NCBI GenBank assembly: GCA_965249555.1
Contig: OZ252243.1
Coordinates: 1,664,001-1,728,000, forward strand
DNA: 64,000 nt
Direction of reading: 5' to 3'
Source: Nitrosopumilus sp.
Lineage (GTDB): Archaea > Thermoproteota > Nitrososphaeria > Nitrososphaerales > Nitrosopumilaceae
A program made the position numbers and the translations under genes. Of this stretch, positions 9,979 through 20,638 are shown one piece after another; the stretch's first letter is position 1, and the number at the start of each line of letters is the position of its first letter. The notes under the pieces are model-generated. The model was given only the letters and a program-made list of their open reading frames with translations, ran no database searches and was not told the origin of the DNA.

Positions 9979-11001
9979 TTATTCTATTTTTTTAGAGTTT
10001 ACAAAGACACCTTTCTTTTTACTAATATACCCAATTTCATATATAGTCATTCTATGTTTTTTGAAGATTTTTTTTATTTTTTTAACCTCATTCTGTGGTG
10101 AGATCAAACAAAAACCAACACCCATGTTAAACGTCTTGTACATCTCTTCTTGCTTTACTCCTTGCTCTTCAATCAGACCCATAATGGGTGGAATTTTTGG
10201 CAGTGCATCAATTTCATATCCGATATTTTTTAGTCGAAGTAGTTTTGTAAATGACCCCCCAGTGATATGTGCTAACCCATTAACTATGCATTTTTGATTT
10301 GCTTCTAAAACTGGTTTCACATAAATTTCTGTAGGGGTAAGTAATGCATTTCCTAATACCCCAACTCCTTTGATTTTATCTTTTAGAGAATATTTTGTTA
10401 ATAATGCTTTTCTTGCAAGTGAATAACCATTTGAATGGATTCCAGAACTTTTTACACCGATTATGACATCACCTGCTTTTATTTTATTTCCTAACACCAT
10501 TTCTTTTTTTGAAACTAATCCTAATACCATTCCAGCCAAATCAAACGAAAATCCTTTACCTGAAATTAAATCTGGCATAATTGCAGTTTCTCCTCCAACA
10601 ATTGGAACTGCTGCTTTTTTTGCACCTTTGACTAGCCCTTCGACAATTTTTTTAAATAATTTTACGTCATTTTTGTTTGCAGCAATATAATCTACAAATG
10701 ATATTGGCGTTGCGCCAATACATATTATATCATTAACGTTCATTGCAATACAATCAATTCCAATTGTGTCATATTTTTTCATCATATTTGCAATTACAAC
10801 TTTGGTTCCAACACCATCTGTATGGGTAGCCAAAAGTTTACCTCCTGGAATTTCTACAATTCCTGCATAATGACCAAATCCATGAGCAATCTTTGCTTTT
10901 TTCTGAAGCTTGTGAGTTGATGTAATTAGTTTGCCAATTGCTGTTTGGCTTTGTTTAATTTTAGAAATGTCTACACCTGCTTTTTTGTAGGTTAGAACCA
11001 T
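9979..11001 (-). CDS. purM: Phosphoribosylformylglycinamidine cyclo-ligase
   Basis: YKKAGVDI, TDGVGTK, GGETA, SSGIHSNGYSL, AHITGG, TFNMGVG. Confidence 0.97.
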   Translation of the reverse strand: MVLTYKKAGVDISKIKQSQTAIGKLITSTHKLQKKAKIAHGFGHYAGIVEIPGGKLLATHTDGVGTKVVIANMMKKYDTIGIDCIAMNVNDIICIGATPISFVDYIAANKNDVKLFKKIVEGLVKGAKKAAVPIVGGETAIMPDLISGKGFSFDLAGMVLGLVSKKEMVLGNKIKAGDVIIGVKSSGIHSNGYSLARKALLTKYSLKDKIKGVGVLGNALLTPTEIYVKPVLEANQKCIVNGLAHITGGSFTKLLRLKNIGYEIDALPKIPPIMGLIEEQGVKQEEMYKTFNMGVGFCLISPQNEVKKIKKIFKKHRMTIYEIGYISKKKGVFVNSKKIE

Positions 11002-11050
11002 AGTTTGATGCGTATTTGCTGTGAATAAAAGAATTTGCCTATTGTTTCGA

Positions 11051-11776
11051 TCACATGTACATTCCAGAATTCTCTTCTCTATGTTCTACATATTTTTGGG
11101 ATAATTCACTTAATTCTGAACTGATTCTCTCTTTATCTTCTTGAAGCTCTGTAGTGTCTATATCCATTTCATAGAATCGATTTAATGCCTCAATCAGAGT
11201 TGCTGCTGCAGTAGAATCCGGTTCCGTTTTGTTTGCTTTTACTAATAGTGTTACACCTTGTATCTCTCTTACTAGACATTCGTTTAGTATGCCGCCTGGA
11301 ATACCTGTGATAAATCCTTGAGGAATCATACTGATGTCCTTGTCTGCCATTGTTCTTACCAGATCTTCTTCAGCTGCACAGTATGCTTTGTTGTCATGTT
11401 CAATACTTGCAACTCCATCTAGGATAACAATCTCTTTGGATCCTTTTTGTGCTGCCCAATCTAAAATTGATGATACCAGACAGTAAAGTCCTTCCAACTT
11501 CAATGTTATCTCACAAATTATTGCACAGATTGTTCCTTCTTGGTTTGCATAGAATCTAAACGGATGACGTAATCTGCCTCTCATGAAAACTGTTGATGGA
11601 GGGAGATACTTTGATCTCATTACTCCGATCTCCTCCATTTCTAATTTCTCAATAATGTGATTAATTGCAACAGGACCTACGAGACCTGCTCCGACAAAGC
11701 CTGCAAAGATTATTGGATTCTTCAATTCTGTTTTCTTTGTCTCAAAGACTTCAGCTTCAGGAAATTCTTTCTGCAC
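11051..11776 (-). CDS. Proteasome assembly chaperone (PAC2 family)
   Basis: GFVGAGLVG, HPFRFY, C-terminal HbYX-like MYM. Confidence 0.9.
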   Translation of the reverse strand: MQKEFPEAEVFETKKTELKNPIIFAGFVGAGLVGPVAINHIIEKLEMEEIGVMRSKYLPPSTVFMRGRLRHPFRFYANQEGTICAIICEITLKLEGLYCLVSSILDWAAQKGSKEIVILDGVASIEHDNKAYCAAEEDLVRTMADKDISMIPQGFITGIPGGILNECLVREIQGVTLLVKANKTEPDSTAAATLIEALNRFYEMDIDTTELQEDKERISSELSELSQKYVEHREENSGMYM

Positions 11777-11904
11777 GATTTACGTCGATTTGTTCTGTCT
11801 AATTACTATACTAACTAAGAGTTTTGTACGCTTTTGGTGAGATGGTTTTTAGTAATTTTTACACCAAATCAAAAAGTTCTAATCTAAAAAATGATATCTT
11901 GAGC

Positions 11905-12270
11905 TCATTCTTTACTGAAATTTTGTATTGTTGTTTTTATTTTTGAAATCATTTTAAAATAATCTTCATTAGGCTCAAGACTTGCCACAAATAGGTTGCT
12001 ATTGTCTATTGGTATGTTGATTAAAGTTACCTTGTCATATTCTAAAACTGAAGACTTCTCAAAACCAAGTTCATGGGATAAATTTTGAGATTTTTCCCAT
12101 TCCCACATCGAATAATGGATGGACATTTTCAATTCATCAGGGGACAAATATTGCTCTACTCCTTTCTGTTCCAAATTGTTAACTAAAACTCCTTTAGTAT
12201 TTACTACTCCCGCAAACCTTATTTTTGAATCTAATTCAAGAATATCTTTACACAGTTTCTGGTAATCCAT
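11905..12270 (-). CDS. Roadblock/profilin-like thaumarchaeal protein (DUF6659-like)
   Basis: LCKDILELDSKIRFAGVVN.KG pattern. Confidence 0.75.
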   Translation of the reverse strand: MDYQKLCKDILELDSKIRFAGVVNTKGVLVNNLEQKGVEQYLSPDELKMSIHYSMWEWEKSQNLSHELGFEKSSVLEYDKVTLINIPIDNSNLFVASLEPNEDYFKMISKIKTTIQNFSKE

Positions 12271-12354
12271 TGAAATTTGATGGTAAATTGATTATTAAAA
12301 TATTATTGTTCCAAAGTAAATATGATAAAACTACATTATTTTCTTTAATTCTTA

Positions 12355-12643
12355 TTATAATTTGATTTTATATTTTTTCAATTCCAAAAATTATGCCATA
12401 ATAATCTGTATGTGAAATGTTGGTAATTTTTAGATTAAATTTTTGCAAAATTTGTTCTATTAAAGTAAATTCTACTGTATGTTGGTTTGTTTTGATCATC
12501 TGATAACAATTTCTCCCATTCAGGGTGCTCATTCTTTAAAAAATCAAAAACTTCATCATACCATTCACTTTTTTTCACTCAAATTTATTTTCTCATGTCA
12601 AGTGTAATTTTAAATCTTATGGTGAGATTTTCATTTTAGGCAT
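12355..12643 (-). pseudogene. Degraded hypothetical gene
   Basis: Broken frames MPKMKISP*, ...WYDEVFDFLKNEHPEWEKLLSD, and ...FTLIEQILQKFNLKITNISHTDYYGIIFGIEK*. Confidence 0.5.
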
Positions 12644-12673
12644 AGATAAAAATGAGTAATCAGAATTTACGCT

Positions 12674-12889
12674 ATGGCAAATAGACCGGACTCTAACAAA
12701 ACCCTATCGACTAAAACTAAATTACTTCTAATTTTGATAATGTTTATTGTAATTAATTTGATTTTTTATTTTGGATTTGACTCTTCAGACGAATCAGGAA
12801 ATCCATTTGAACTAGGTGAACAAGATCAATTAATGGTTGATAAAACTGTTGAATCGGAAGAAGAAATGAATATTTCACTTCTTCCCTAG
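12674..12889 (+). CDS. Small single-TM protein
   Basis: One TM plus acidic tail. Confidence 0.65.
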   Translation: MANRPDSNKTLSTKTKLLLILIMFIVINLIFYFGFDSSDESGNPFELGEQDQLMVDKTVESEEEMNISLLP

Positions 12890-12920
12890 TGTATTACATA
12901 TTTCATGTATGACATTAAGC

Positions 12921-13847
12921 CTAGTTTTTTCTTATTTTACTAATTGATGCGTCAAGAATTTTCTTTCTACTAATTTCAAGTATCTTGAAAATTACCTCAG
13001 AAATATTATCTGTCTTGTTTCCTAAAATTCTGATGACTATGCCCGATTCATCTGGAAGAATAGATGTGCCCACTGAAACTGTATCTGTCTTTTTGATACT
13101 TTCATTAATTGAACTTTCCAGTTCAATTACAATTTCCTTTCTAGTCAAGATGTACATTGTTCCAACTGTGTTATGCTTTCCTAGTATTCCAAAATTTTTC
13201 AATTTTTGTATTTTTGGTTCAATTTTTGTATTTTCTAAAAATCTTATTTTTTTATCTTGGTTCTTACAGTGTGTTCTTAGGTAACAAATATCATATTCAA
13301 AAGATTCCTCCATAGCAACTCTTCCAGGAGTTAAAATTTCTGAATATACCAAAGTTGCATTATCGTGAATATTCAGATTAACTTTTTGATAATATCTTGA
13401 ATTCTTGTTTGGTATTATTTGATCAGGGATGTATTCAAAATAACAATTCTCATCAACTGTGATGTTTACAATTTGTGATGCAAAATTTGAATCCATACTG
13501 TAGATGCTAGTGGCACCTTGAGTTGTCATATGGGCAACGGCTTTATTTTTTAAGGATACATCAGTTCTGTACCTGTCTCCTTGCAGAATTCCTCCTGATG
13601 GAGAAATAACATAAAGATATGCCATTTCAGGAAGTGAGTTTTCAGGATATAATGCTCGTTGAAATTGTAACGGAACTTGAGAAAATTGTTTTGTAACAAT
13701 TGTCTTACCATTACTATCTTTTTGAAGTTCCAAATCAAGAATGCCTACTTTTCCTGATTTTCCAACTTCCAATTGTTTTATTTTAGAATCATATGTCTGA
13801 ATTTCTTTTGGTATGTCATCTGGTGTGTAATATTCTAGATTATTCAA
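12921..13847 (-). CDS. ureD: Urease accessory protein UreD
   Basis: SPSGGILQGD, TTQGAT, TPGRVAMEESF; position in urease cluster. Confidence 0.95.
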   Translation of the reverse strand: MNNLEYYTPDDIPKEIQTYDSKIKQLEVGKSGKVGILDLELQKDSNGKTIVTKQFSQVPLQFQRALYPENSLPEMAYLYVISPSGGILQGDRYRTDVSLKNKAVAHMTTQGATSIYSMDSNFASQIVNITVDENCYFEYIPDQIIPNKNSRYYQKVNLNIHDNATLVYSEILTPGRVAMEESFEYDICYLRTHCKNQDKKIRFLENTKIEPKIQKLKNFGILGKHNTVGTMYILTRKEIVIELESSINESIKKTDTVSVGTSILPDESGIVIRILGNKTDNISEVIFKILEISRKKILDASISKIRKN

Positions 13848-13850
13848 TAA

Positions 13851-14507
13851 TCACACCTTTTGTGTAAGTTCTGATTTTGGTGCAGAATCCAACAAGACAT
13901 CATGAATAATGTGTTCAGTTATCTTCATTATGCCTTTATCTGTTTTACAATTGATAAATTCAAATGGTTTTTCTTTTCTAATCTTTTCTGCATCTCTTTT
14001 CATGATATCAAGATCTGCACCAACCATAATGGCAAGATCTATCTTGTTAATTACTAAAAGATCACAACTCTCAATTCCTAATCCGCCCTTTCTTGGATAT
14101 TTGTCTCCGCCTGCAACATCAACTATGTAAATAAAATAATCTGCAAGAAGGGGACTGAATGTAGTTGTAATGTTGTCCCCACCACTTTCAATAATTATAA
14201 GGTCAAGATCAGGATGCTCCGATTCTATTTCTTCTATTACTGCAAGATTCATGGAAGGATCTTCTCTGATTGCAGTATGTGGACAACCGCCTGTTGCAAG
14301 ACCAATCACTAAATTTTCTGGAAGTAGTCCTCTTTTTGTAGCTAAATTATCCCTCATTCTGTCAGCGTCTTCTTTTGAAATTACATCATTTGAGATTATA
14401 CTTACACTGTATCCCTTTTCAGCCAACATTGGCACCAAGCGTTCAATTAACATGCTTTTACCAGAACCAACTGGTCCTCCAATACCGATTCTTGCGATGT
14501 GAGTCAT
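13851..14507 (-). CDS. ureG: Urease accessory GTPase UreG
   Basis: GGPVGSGKS, TGGCPHTAIRED, ESGGDN, NKID. Confidence 0.97.
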   Translation of the reverse strand: MTHIARIGIGGPVGSGKSMLIERLVPMLAEKGYSVSIISNDVISKEDADRMRDNLATKRGLLPENLVIGLATGGCPHTAIREDPSMNLAVIEEIESEHPDLDLIIIESGGDNITTTFSPLLADYFIYIVDVAGGDKYPRKGGLGIESCDLLVINKIDLAIMVGADLDIMKRDAEKIRKEKPFEFINCKTDKGIMKITEHIIHDVLLDSAPKSELTQKV

Positions 14508-14524
14508 GATGAAAAATCTAATTT

Positions 14525-15238
14525 TTATGTAATAAACATTTTAGAATCCATTTTTTCATGTGACATTTGAACAATATCTATTTGGGGTGCAAATTGCCAC
14601 ATTTCAGAAAGTGATTCATTCGAATATTCTTTGATAGTTTGACTGATGATTGGTTTTATATTGTGAATTATTTTTTGAGCTTCAAAATGTTGAATTAATC
14701 CTAATCGTAATGCTGCACCTACAACCCCTACAGTAAAACCATACAATAACATCGTCATGCTTTTTTCTTTTTTAATTTTTAATGCATTACAACAAATTGC
14801 AAATGCCACAGGAAATATCCCATGTACATTGTTTTTTGTTATGTTGTTTTTGTATTGATTTAAAATTTCATCATCTTTTACAAATTCTGAAACACACTTT
14901 ACTAACTGAACACCAGATCTTACTGATGAATTGCGTATTTCTTTAATTGATTTAGTAGCAAAAGCAATACTATCTGCTTCAATTACTTTTTCAAAATCAC
15001 ATTCATTTGCACTATCAAATGCATTTGCAAGTGCAACACAATCTGATGGGCCTATCTGTTGAATAATGTTGGTTTTGATAATTTCTATCAAGTCAGTCAT
15101 GCCTTGAATTTTTTTTTCTGTGAAAAGAAATTCTAATCCATTTGAAGTAGCAAAAATGCCTGTAGGGAAAAATGAGTCAGATAATTGCATTACTCCCAAC
15201 TCTTGTTCTATCTCATCAATGTTCATGTACATCTGCAC
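14525..15238 (-). CDS. ureF: Urease accessory protein UreF
   Basis: QLSDSFFPTG, C-terminal HEKMDSKMFIT. Confidence 0.95.
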   Translation of the reverse strand: MQMYMNIDEIEQELGVMQLSDSFFPTGIFATSNGLEFLFTEKKIQGMTDLIEIIKTNIIQQIGPSDCVALANAFDSANECDFEKVIEADSIAFATKSIKEIRNSSVRSGVQLVKCVSEFVKDDEILNQYKNNITKNNVHGIFPVAFAICCNALKIKKEKSMTMLLYGFTVGVVGAALRLGLIQHFEAQKIIHNIKPIISQTIKEYSNESLSEMWQFAPQIDIVQMSHEKMDSKMFIT

Positions 15239-15701
15239 CTAATTGAGGGGAAAATATTTGCTCTTCTACTGTCATGTCAATATGGCTGATAATGCTTTGA
15301 AACAATTTTGCGAATATTTCCTTTTCTGAGTCTGCTTGAATTGGAAATGAAATCTCATCTCCTTGAATGGATATGGGTCTGTGTCTGTTTCCAATTATAT
15401 GTCCTAAAAGTACCATCACATCTGTCATCTTTTCATTTTTTAGTTTAACTGTAATTATTTTTTCTGGTAATTGTTCTACAACAATTTTTGTATCTCCATT
15501 TTTGATGATATCTCCATTGTGAAGTTTTACACCTGGGTCTAAATTCAAACCTACATCTGTTCCACGATCTGTCTTTCTTCTCAAAATTCTTTTTTCTAAT
15601 TCTATTCGTGAAATCTTGAGTCTTTCAAAACTTTCATTTCTTAAATCATCAAATTCTTTATCATGAAAAATATTACCTATGGGAGAATTAACTTCTATCA
15701 C
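15216..15701 (-). CDS. ureE: Urease accessory protein UreE
   Basis: [22 protein letters not shown]. Confidence 0.93.
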   Translation of the reverse strand: MIEVNSPIGNIFHDKEFDDLRNESFERLKISRIELEKRILRRKTDRGTDVGLNLDPGVKLHNGDIIKNGDTKIVVEQLPEKIITVKLKNEKMTDVMVLLGHIIGNRHRPISIQGDEISFPIQADSEKEIFAKLFQSIISHIDMTVEEQIFSPQLGADVHEH

Positions 15702-15720
15702 AAGTAACTTTGTTTTTTGC

Positions 15721-15735
15721 CAAAGTTATACTTTG
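15721..15735. promoter_or_regulatory. Palindrome CAAAGT-TAT-ACTTTG in the divergent ureE/ureA promoter
   Basis: 6-bp perfect inverted arms in a 91-bp intergenic region. Confidence 0.45.
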
Positions 15736-15792
15736 TTCGACTCTTTTACCATTTTAATGATTAAATACTATAATTCACTATCCAATTCATTG

Positions 15793-16092
15793 ATGCTTAC
15801 TCCTAGAGAATTAGAAAAACTAAATGTTTTTGTTACATCAGAACTTGCTCGTAGAAGAAAAAATCGTGGACTAAAACTTAATCATCCTGAGGCTGTATCT
15901 ATTCTTGCTGATCATATTTTAGAAGGTGCTAGAGATGGAAGAAATGTTCCAGAACTTATGAGCTCCGGAAAAAATGTTTTATCAAAAGATGATGTGTTAC
16001 CTGGAGTTGCAGAACTGATTGCTTCTATTCAAGTGGAGGCAACATTTGAAGATGGAACTAAACTGGTAACAGTTCATGACCCTATTGTGTGA
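15793..16092 (+). CDS. ureA: Urease subunit gamma
   Basis: [10 protein letters not shown]...[10 protein letters not shown]...[16 protein letters not shown]; start corrected from the ORF track. Confidence 0.97.
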   Translation: MLTPRELEKLNVFVTSELARRRKNRGLKLNHPEAVSILADHILEGARDGRNVPELMSSGKNVLSKDDVLPGVAELIASIQVEATFEDGTKLVTVHDPIV

Positions 16093-16097
16093 TAATT

Positions 16098-16466
16098 ATG
16101 ATTCCTGGCGAATACTTCCCATCTAATGAATCCATAATTGCTAATGTGGGAAAATCAACTACAACTGTTAGTGTTAGAAATACTGGGGATAGACCAATAC
16201 AGGTAGGATCACATACCCACTTTTTTGAAGTAAACAAGGCTCTTGAATTTCAGAGGAAACAGTCTTACGGATATCATCTCAATATTCCTGCTGGAACATC
16301 AGTGAGATTTGAACCAGGAGACACAAAAGAAATTGAACTAACAGAATTTGGTGGAAAAAAAATTGTTTATGGATTTAGTGGTCTGGTAAATGGAAGTCTA
16401 GATGAAAAGCAAGAAGAGGCATTCAAAAAAGTTACTGAAAAAGGATTCAAAGGGATGACACAATGA
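16098..16466 (+). CDS. ureB: Urease subunit beta
   Basis: [29 protein letters not shown]. Confidence 0.97.
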   Translation: MIPGEYFPSNESIIANVGKSTTTVSVRNTGDRPIQVGSHTHFFEVNKALEFQRKQSYGYHLNIPAGTSVRFEPGDTKEIELTEFGGKKIVYGFSGLVNGSLDEKQEEAFKKVTEKGFKGMTQ

Positions 16467-18175
16467 CTTTGAACATTCCAAGAAAAACATACGTTGATTT
16501 GTTTGGTCCGACTGTGGGTGACCGAATCCGTCTTGCAGATACTGATTTGATTATTGAAATTGAAAAAGACTTGATCAAATATGGTGATGAGGCTGTATTT
16601 GGTGGAGGAAAGAGCATACGAGATGGGCAGGGGCAAGCAAGTGGAGTGTCTAGAGCAGAGTCACTTGATCTTGTAATTACTAACGCAATTGTAATGGATC
16701 CAATTTTAGGAATTATCAAAGCAGACATTGGAATAAAAGATGGAAAAATTGTCGGGATAGGAAATGCTGGTAATCCTGATATCATGGATGATATTGATAT
16801 GGTAATTTCTTCAAACACTGAGATAATTGCAGGTGAGCATACAATTTGTACTCCTGGAACAATTGATTCACATGTTCATTTTATTTCTCCTCAACAAGCA
16901 ATACATGCAATTTGTAATGGTACCACTACAATGATTGGTGGCGGAACTGGCCCTGCTGATGGAACAAATGCAACAACATGCACTCCTGGTAAATGGAATA
17001 TTCATAAAATGATTGAATCCGTTGATGAATTACCACTGAACTTTGGATTTCTTGCTAAAGGAAATGATTCCCGTGAAACTGCATTACTTGAACAAATTGA
17101 AGCAGGAGCTTGTGGGCTAAAACTACATGAAGACTGGGGTTCAACTCCTGCTACGATTGATTCTGCTTTGAGGGTTGCAGACAAAACTGATACTCAAGTT
17201 GCAATCCATACAGATACTCTCAATGAATGTGGATTTGTTGATGACACAATTGAAGCAATTGCTGGAAGAACAATTCACACTTATCATACTGAAGGAGCAG
17301 GTGGTGGACATGCTCCAGATATTATGAAAATTGCAGGTGAAGAAAATATACTTCCTTCGTCTACAAATCCTACAAGACCATTTACAGTAAATACATTAGC
17401 AGAACATCTTGACATGATGATGGTTTGCCATCATCTAAATTCATCAGTTCCTGAAGATGTGTCCTTTGCAATGTCTAGAATTCGTGGTGAGACTATTGCT
17501 GCAGAGGACGTATTACATGATATTGGAGTTTTGAGTATGATGTCTTCTGATAGTCAAGCTATGGGACGAGTTGGAGAAGTTACAACCAGAAATTGGCAGA
17601 CTGCTGATAAAATGAAAAAGATGGCTGGCACATTACCTGAAGACAATGCTCAAAATGATAATTTCAGAGTAAAAAGATATCTTGCTAAAATTACAATAAA
17701 TCCTGCCATAACTCATGGGGTTTCAGATTATGTGGGATCATTGCAGCCTGGGCGATTAGCTGATATTGTAATTTGGTCCCCTGCATTTTTTGGAGTCAAA
17801 CCAAAAATGATCATTAAAGGCGGTTTTATTGCATATTCCCTTATGGGTGATCCAAATGCATCAATTCCTACTACTGAACCTGTCATGTATCGCCCTATGT
17901 TTGGAGCCCTTGGCCAAACAAAATATTCCACTTCTGTAACATTCACATCTCAACTGGCACTAGACAAGGGTATTGAATCTGAAATCAATTCAAAAAAGAA
18001 ATTGGTTCCTGTGAAAAATTGTCGTTCTATTGGAAAGAAAGACATGTTGTATAATGATCTTACTCCAAACATTGAGGTAAATCCTGAAACATATGAAGTA
18101 AAAGTTGATGGGAAAATTGCAACTACAGATCCAGCAGACAAAGTTTCTATGTCGAGACTATACAATTTATTTTAA
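16463..18175 (+). CDS. ureC: Urease subunit alpha
   Basis: All Ni ligands intact: DSHVH, GLKLHED, IHTD, HTYHTEG, flap [13 protein letters not shown]. Confidence 0.98.
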   Translation: MTLNIPRKTYVDLFGPTVGDRIRLADTDLIIEIEKDLIKYGDEAVFGGGKSIRDGQGQASGVSRAESLDLVITNAIVMDPILGIIKADIGIKDGKIVGIGNAGNPDIMDDIDMVISSNTEIIAGEHTICTPGTIDSHVHFISPQQAIHAICNGTTTMIGGGTGPADGTNATTCTPGKWNIHKMIESVDELPLNFGFLAKGNDSRETALLEQIEAGACGLKLHEDWGSTPATIDSALRVADKTDTQVAIHTDTLNECGFVDDTIEAIAGRTIHTYHTEGAGGGHAPDIMKIAGEENILPSSTNPTRPFTVNTLAEHLDMMMVCHHLNSSVPEDVSFAMSRIRGETIAAEDVLHDIGVLSMMSSDSQAMGRVGEVTTRNWQTADKMKKMAGTLPEDNAQNDNFRVKRYLAKITINPAITHGVSDYVGSLQPGRLADIVIWSPAFFGVKPKMIIKGGFIAYSLMGDPNASIPTTEPVMYRPMFGALGQTKYSTSVTFTSQLALDKGIESEINSKKKLVPVKNCRSIGKKDMLYNDLTPNIEVNPETYEVKVDGKIATTDPADKVSMSRLYNLF

Positions 18176-18194
18176 AAGTTTTTAAACTATATGT

Positions 18195-18953
18195 TTAGTT
18201 TATTGAAAATAATTTATTATCTAATCCAATTGTAATTACAATATTGAGACCAATTATGAAAGTTATACTAGCTATTGTGTATCTTAGATATTTAGTAACA
18301 TAATTAATTTTTGATAATAAAATAAATGGTAATCCCATAATGCCACTAGCAACAGTCATACCAATTATACTGCCTATGCCAAATAAAATTAGAAAATAAA
18401 TCATCATATCAAAACCATTCATTGTAGATGCAAATAATGCAACAAGACTACCACTACCTGCAATACCGTGAACACAACCAATTAGATATGCTTTGTGACC
18501 ATGTTTGTGATTTTCATTGTGTTCATGAGAATGTGTGTGAGAAATTCCGTTTGAATGTGTGTGAGGATGAACATGTTTTTGTTTAAAGATACTTTTGTTT
18601 GTAAATGTAAAAATTGCTAAAGTAATCAACATTAAACCAACAAGCACTTCTGCACTAATAAAAAAATCATTAGGTATGTTTAATGATAAACCTGCAATCA
18701 ATAACCCAATTAGAATAATGCTGGATGTATGTCCCATTCCCCAAAGTGCTCCTCTTAAAGAAGAGATAATGGTAAGATTTTGCAAGTCTCGTTTTTTTGT
18801 ACTCTTTGAATTATCGTTATTTCTTAATAGTTGAGTGGAAACTGCACTAAGATGATCAGGCTCAAAAGCATGTAATACTCCAATCATCAGACCTGCAATT
18901 ATAATTAAAAAAGGATTGTTGGCTTGTAACATTCCCATTATTGTGTCAATCAA
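18195..18953 (-). CDS. High-affinity nickel transporter (UreH/NiCoT-like)
   Basis: HAFEPDH, WGMGHT, His-rich loop, HGIAGSG. Confidence 0.9.
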   Translation of the reverse strand: MIDTIMGMLQANNPFLIIIAGLMIGVLHAFEPDHLSAVSTQLLRNNDNSKSTKKRDLQNLTIISSLRGALWGMGHTSSIILIGLLIAGLSLNIPNDFFISAEVLVGLMLITLAIFTFTNKSIFKQKHVHPHTHSNGISHTHSHEHNENHKHGHKAYLIGCVHGIAGSGSLVALFASTMNGFDMMIYFLILFGIGSIIGMTVASGIMGLPFILLSKINYVTKYLRYTIASITFIIGLNIVITIGLDNKLFSIN

Positions 18954-19365
18954 TTATTCCACTACTCCTATATGCTGTTTGTTTCTGTCCATCAAGAGAA
19001 TATTGAACAATTTGAATGGGTGTTGTAATGAACATTTGTTCTTTATCCATATCTTTGGTTGTAATTGTAAAAGTTAGTTTTCTCAAGCTTTCAGGAACTC
19101 CAATCATTACTTGATGTGGTAAGAGCATATCTGGTATTTGTTTTTGTATTTCGTTGATTGTTTTACGTTCATTTAAAGAAGTTATGATATAAGCTACAAA
19201 CAACCCAAGCGTCTCGTTTATGTTTAATCGCATATTGTTTGATAGGTGATTTTTGATTAATTGTGTAGATTCGAAGAAAATTGTTTCATCAGATTTTTCA
19301 TAATAAAATATCTTGGTAAATGGCTTGATATCAGAATCTCCCTGTACCAATACTTCAATTTTCAT
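18946..19365 (-). CDS. Divergent urease gamma-subunit-like protein
   Basis: MRLNINE...LLPHQVMIGVPE aligns with UreA LKLNHPE...[12 protein letters not shown]. Confidence 0.75.
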   Translation of the reverse strand: MKIEVLVQGDSDIKPFTKIFYYEKSDETIFFESTQLIKNHLSNNMRLNINETLGLFVAYIITSLNERKTINEIQKQIPDMLLPHQVMIGVPESLRKLTFTITTKDMDKEQMFITTPIQIVQYSLDGQKQTAYRSSGIID

Positions 19366-20480
19366 TAATCTCTCTTTGGAATTTTAGATGTTGGATTACC
19401 AAAACTGTATGTGTTTCCAGTACCCATGTATGCCTTTGGTCTTACAGGATCTCCTCCCTCCAAACCTCTCTTTGTTAATGATAATCCTGCCAATAGTTCA
19501 ATAACTAATCTTTGTCCTAATCCAGATGTGATTCCTCCATTGTAAGAACTTGAATCACTGACATCATATGCTGGAGCAATTTCTACCAAATCCATTGCAA
19601 ATCTATCAGGATCAAATGATTTTGATAATAGACGAATCATTCTAATTCCTTCTCTTGATGTAAGTCCATTTGGTTCTGGTTCTCCCGTACCTGGTGCATA
19701 AGCAGGATCAAACGAATCAATATCCCAGCTAAGATAGACAGCATCTGTTCCATCATTTGCTCTGTCAGCTATTTCTTTTGCAATAACATCAATTCCTAAT
19801 TCTTCAACATCAAGCATTGTAAACCATTGGAAATCTTGGTCTGACATCCATTTGTACAAATCACGTCCTGGCCAATATCCTCTTGGGCCAACAAGCGAGT
19901 AGTTCTTTCCTTTAAGACAACCCATCTCCATTATTCTTCTAATGTGAGCTCCATGATCATACTTGAAACCAGTTAGTCCTTGTGGTGCACAATCAGCGTG
20001 CGTATCAAAATGAATCATGCCTATGTTTTTGTATTTTTTCTGAAATGCTCTAACGTTTGCATAAGTAATTGAGTGATCCCCTCCAAGCATTACAGGAATA
20101 CCATCTGCCTCTAACACTTCCTTAACTTTTAGAGTCATTCTCTTGTGTGATTCTATAACATCTCCTGGTGAAACTATAACGTCACCATAATCTACTGTTC
20201 GAAAAGTTCCAAATGGATCTGCACCCGTTTCAATATTGAATCGTTCAAAAGGAGGTGATGGAATTGTAGATGCAGCTCTAATTGCTCTTGGTCCATATCT
20301 TGCTCCGGGACGAATAGTGGTACCAAAGTCAAATGGTTCCCCAATAATTGCAACATCTGGTTTTACTTCAACTAATTCTTTGTGTGTCTTTACCCAGGGA
20401 AGATGTAAAAATGTATTAATTCCTACAAATGGTGCAACATCTGCACCTTGAAAATCATCACCATAAAATTCCATGCCCAT
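19365..20480 (-). CDS. Ureohydrolase (agmatinase/guanidinobutyrase-like), substrate unknown
   Basis: RPGARYGP, GGDHS, DTHAD, DIDSFDP, GTGEPE, VEIAP; GPRGYWP motif. Confidence 0.92.
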   Translation of the reverse strand: MGMEFYGDDFQGADVAPFVGINTFLHLPWVKTHKELVEVKPDVAIIGEPFDFGTTIRPGARYGPRAIRAASTIPSPPFERFNIETGADPFGTFRTVDYGDVIVSPGDVIESHKRMTLKVKEVLEADGIPVMLGGDHSITYANVRAFQKKYKNIGMIHFDTHADCAPQGLTGFKYDHGAHIRRIMEMGCLKGKNYSLVGPRGYWPGRDLYKWMSDQDFQWFTMLDVEELGIDVIAKEIADRANDGTDAVYLSWDIDSFDPAYAPGTGEPEPNGLTSREGIRMIRLLSKSFDPDRFAMDLVEIAPAYDVSDSSSYNGGITSGLGQRLVIELLAGLSLTKRGLEGGDPVRPKAYMGTGNTYSFGNPTSKIPKRD

Positions 20481-20519
20481 TTTAAATCAAATTCTATTCA
20501 AGACTTTGATAATTAAAGA

Positions 20520-20536
20520 TTTCAAGTAAAGTACGT
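20520..20536 (-). promoter_or_regulatory. Shared upstream motif ACGTACTTTACTTGAAA
   Basis: 39 nt upstream of the ureohydrolase ATG; 16/17 identical to 23194-23210. Confidence 0.75.
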
Positions 20537-20638
20537 ATCCTGTATTTTAATTATTAATAATCCTCATATTGCAAAAAAATTAAATTATGTGTAATGTACG
20601 ATTTAAATATAAAAATAGTATCCCTGTGAAATATCAAT

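Noticed and set aside
15679-15792. N-terminal extension of UreA in the ORF track
   Set aside because: Overlaps ureE and its promoter; homology starts at MLTPRE (15793)
19365-20480. Call as GdmH-type guanidinase or as speB
   Set aside because: Lacks the GTGWPE tryptophan and the HT.PW-type motif of GdmH; no hypA/hypB-like maturases or guanidine riboswitch recognised; substrate left open
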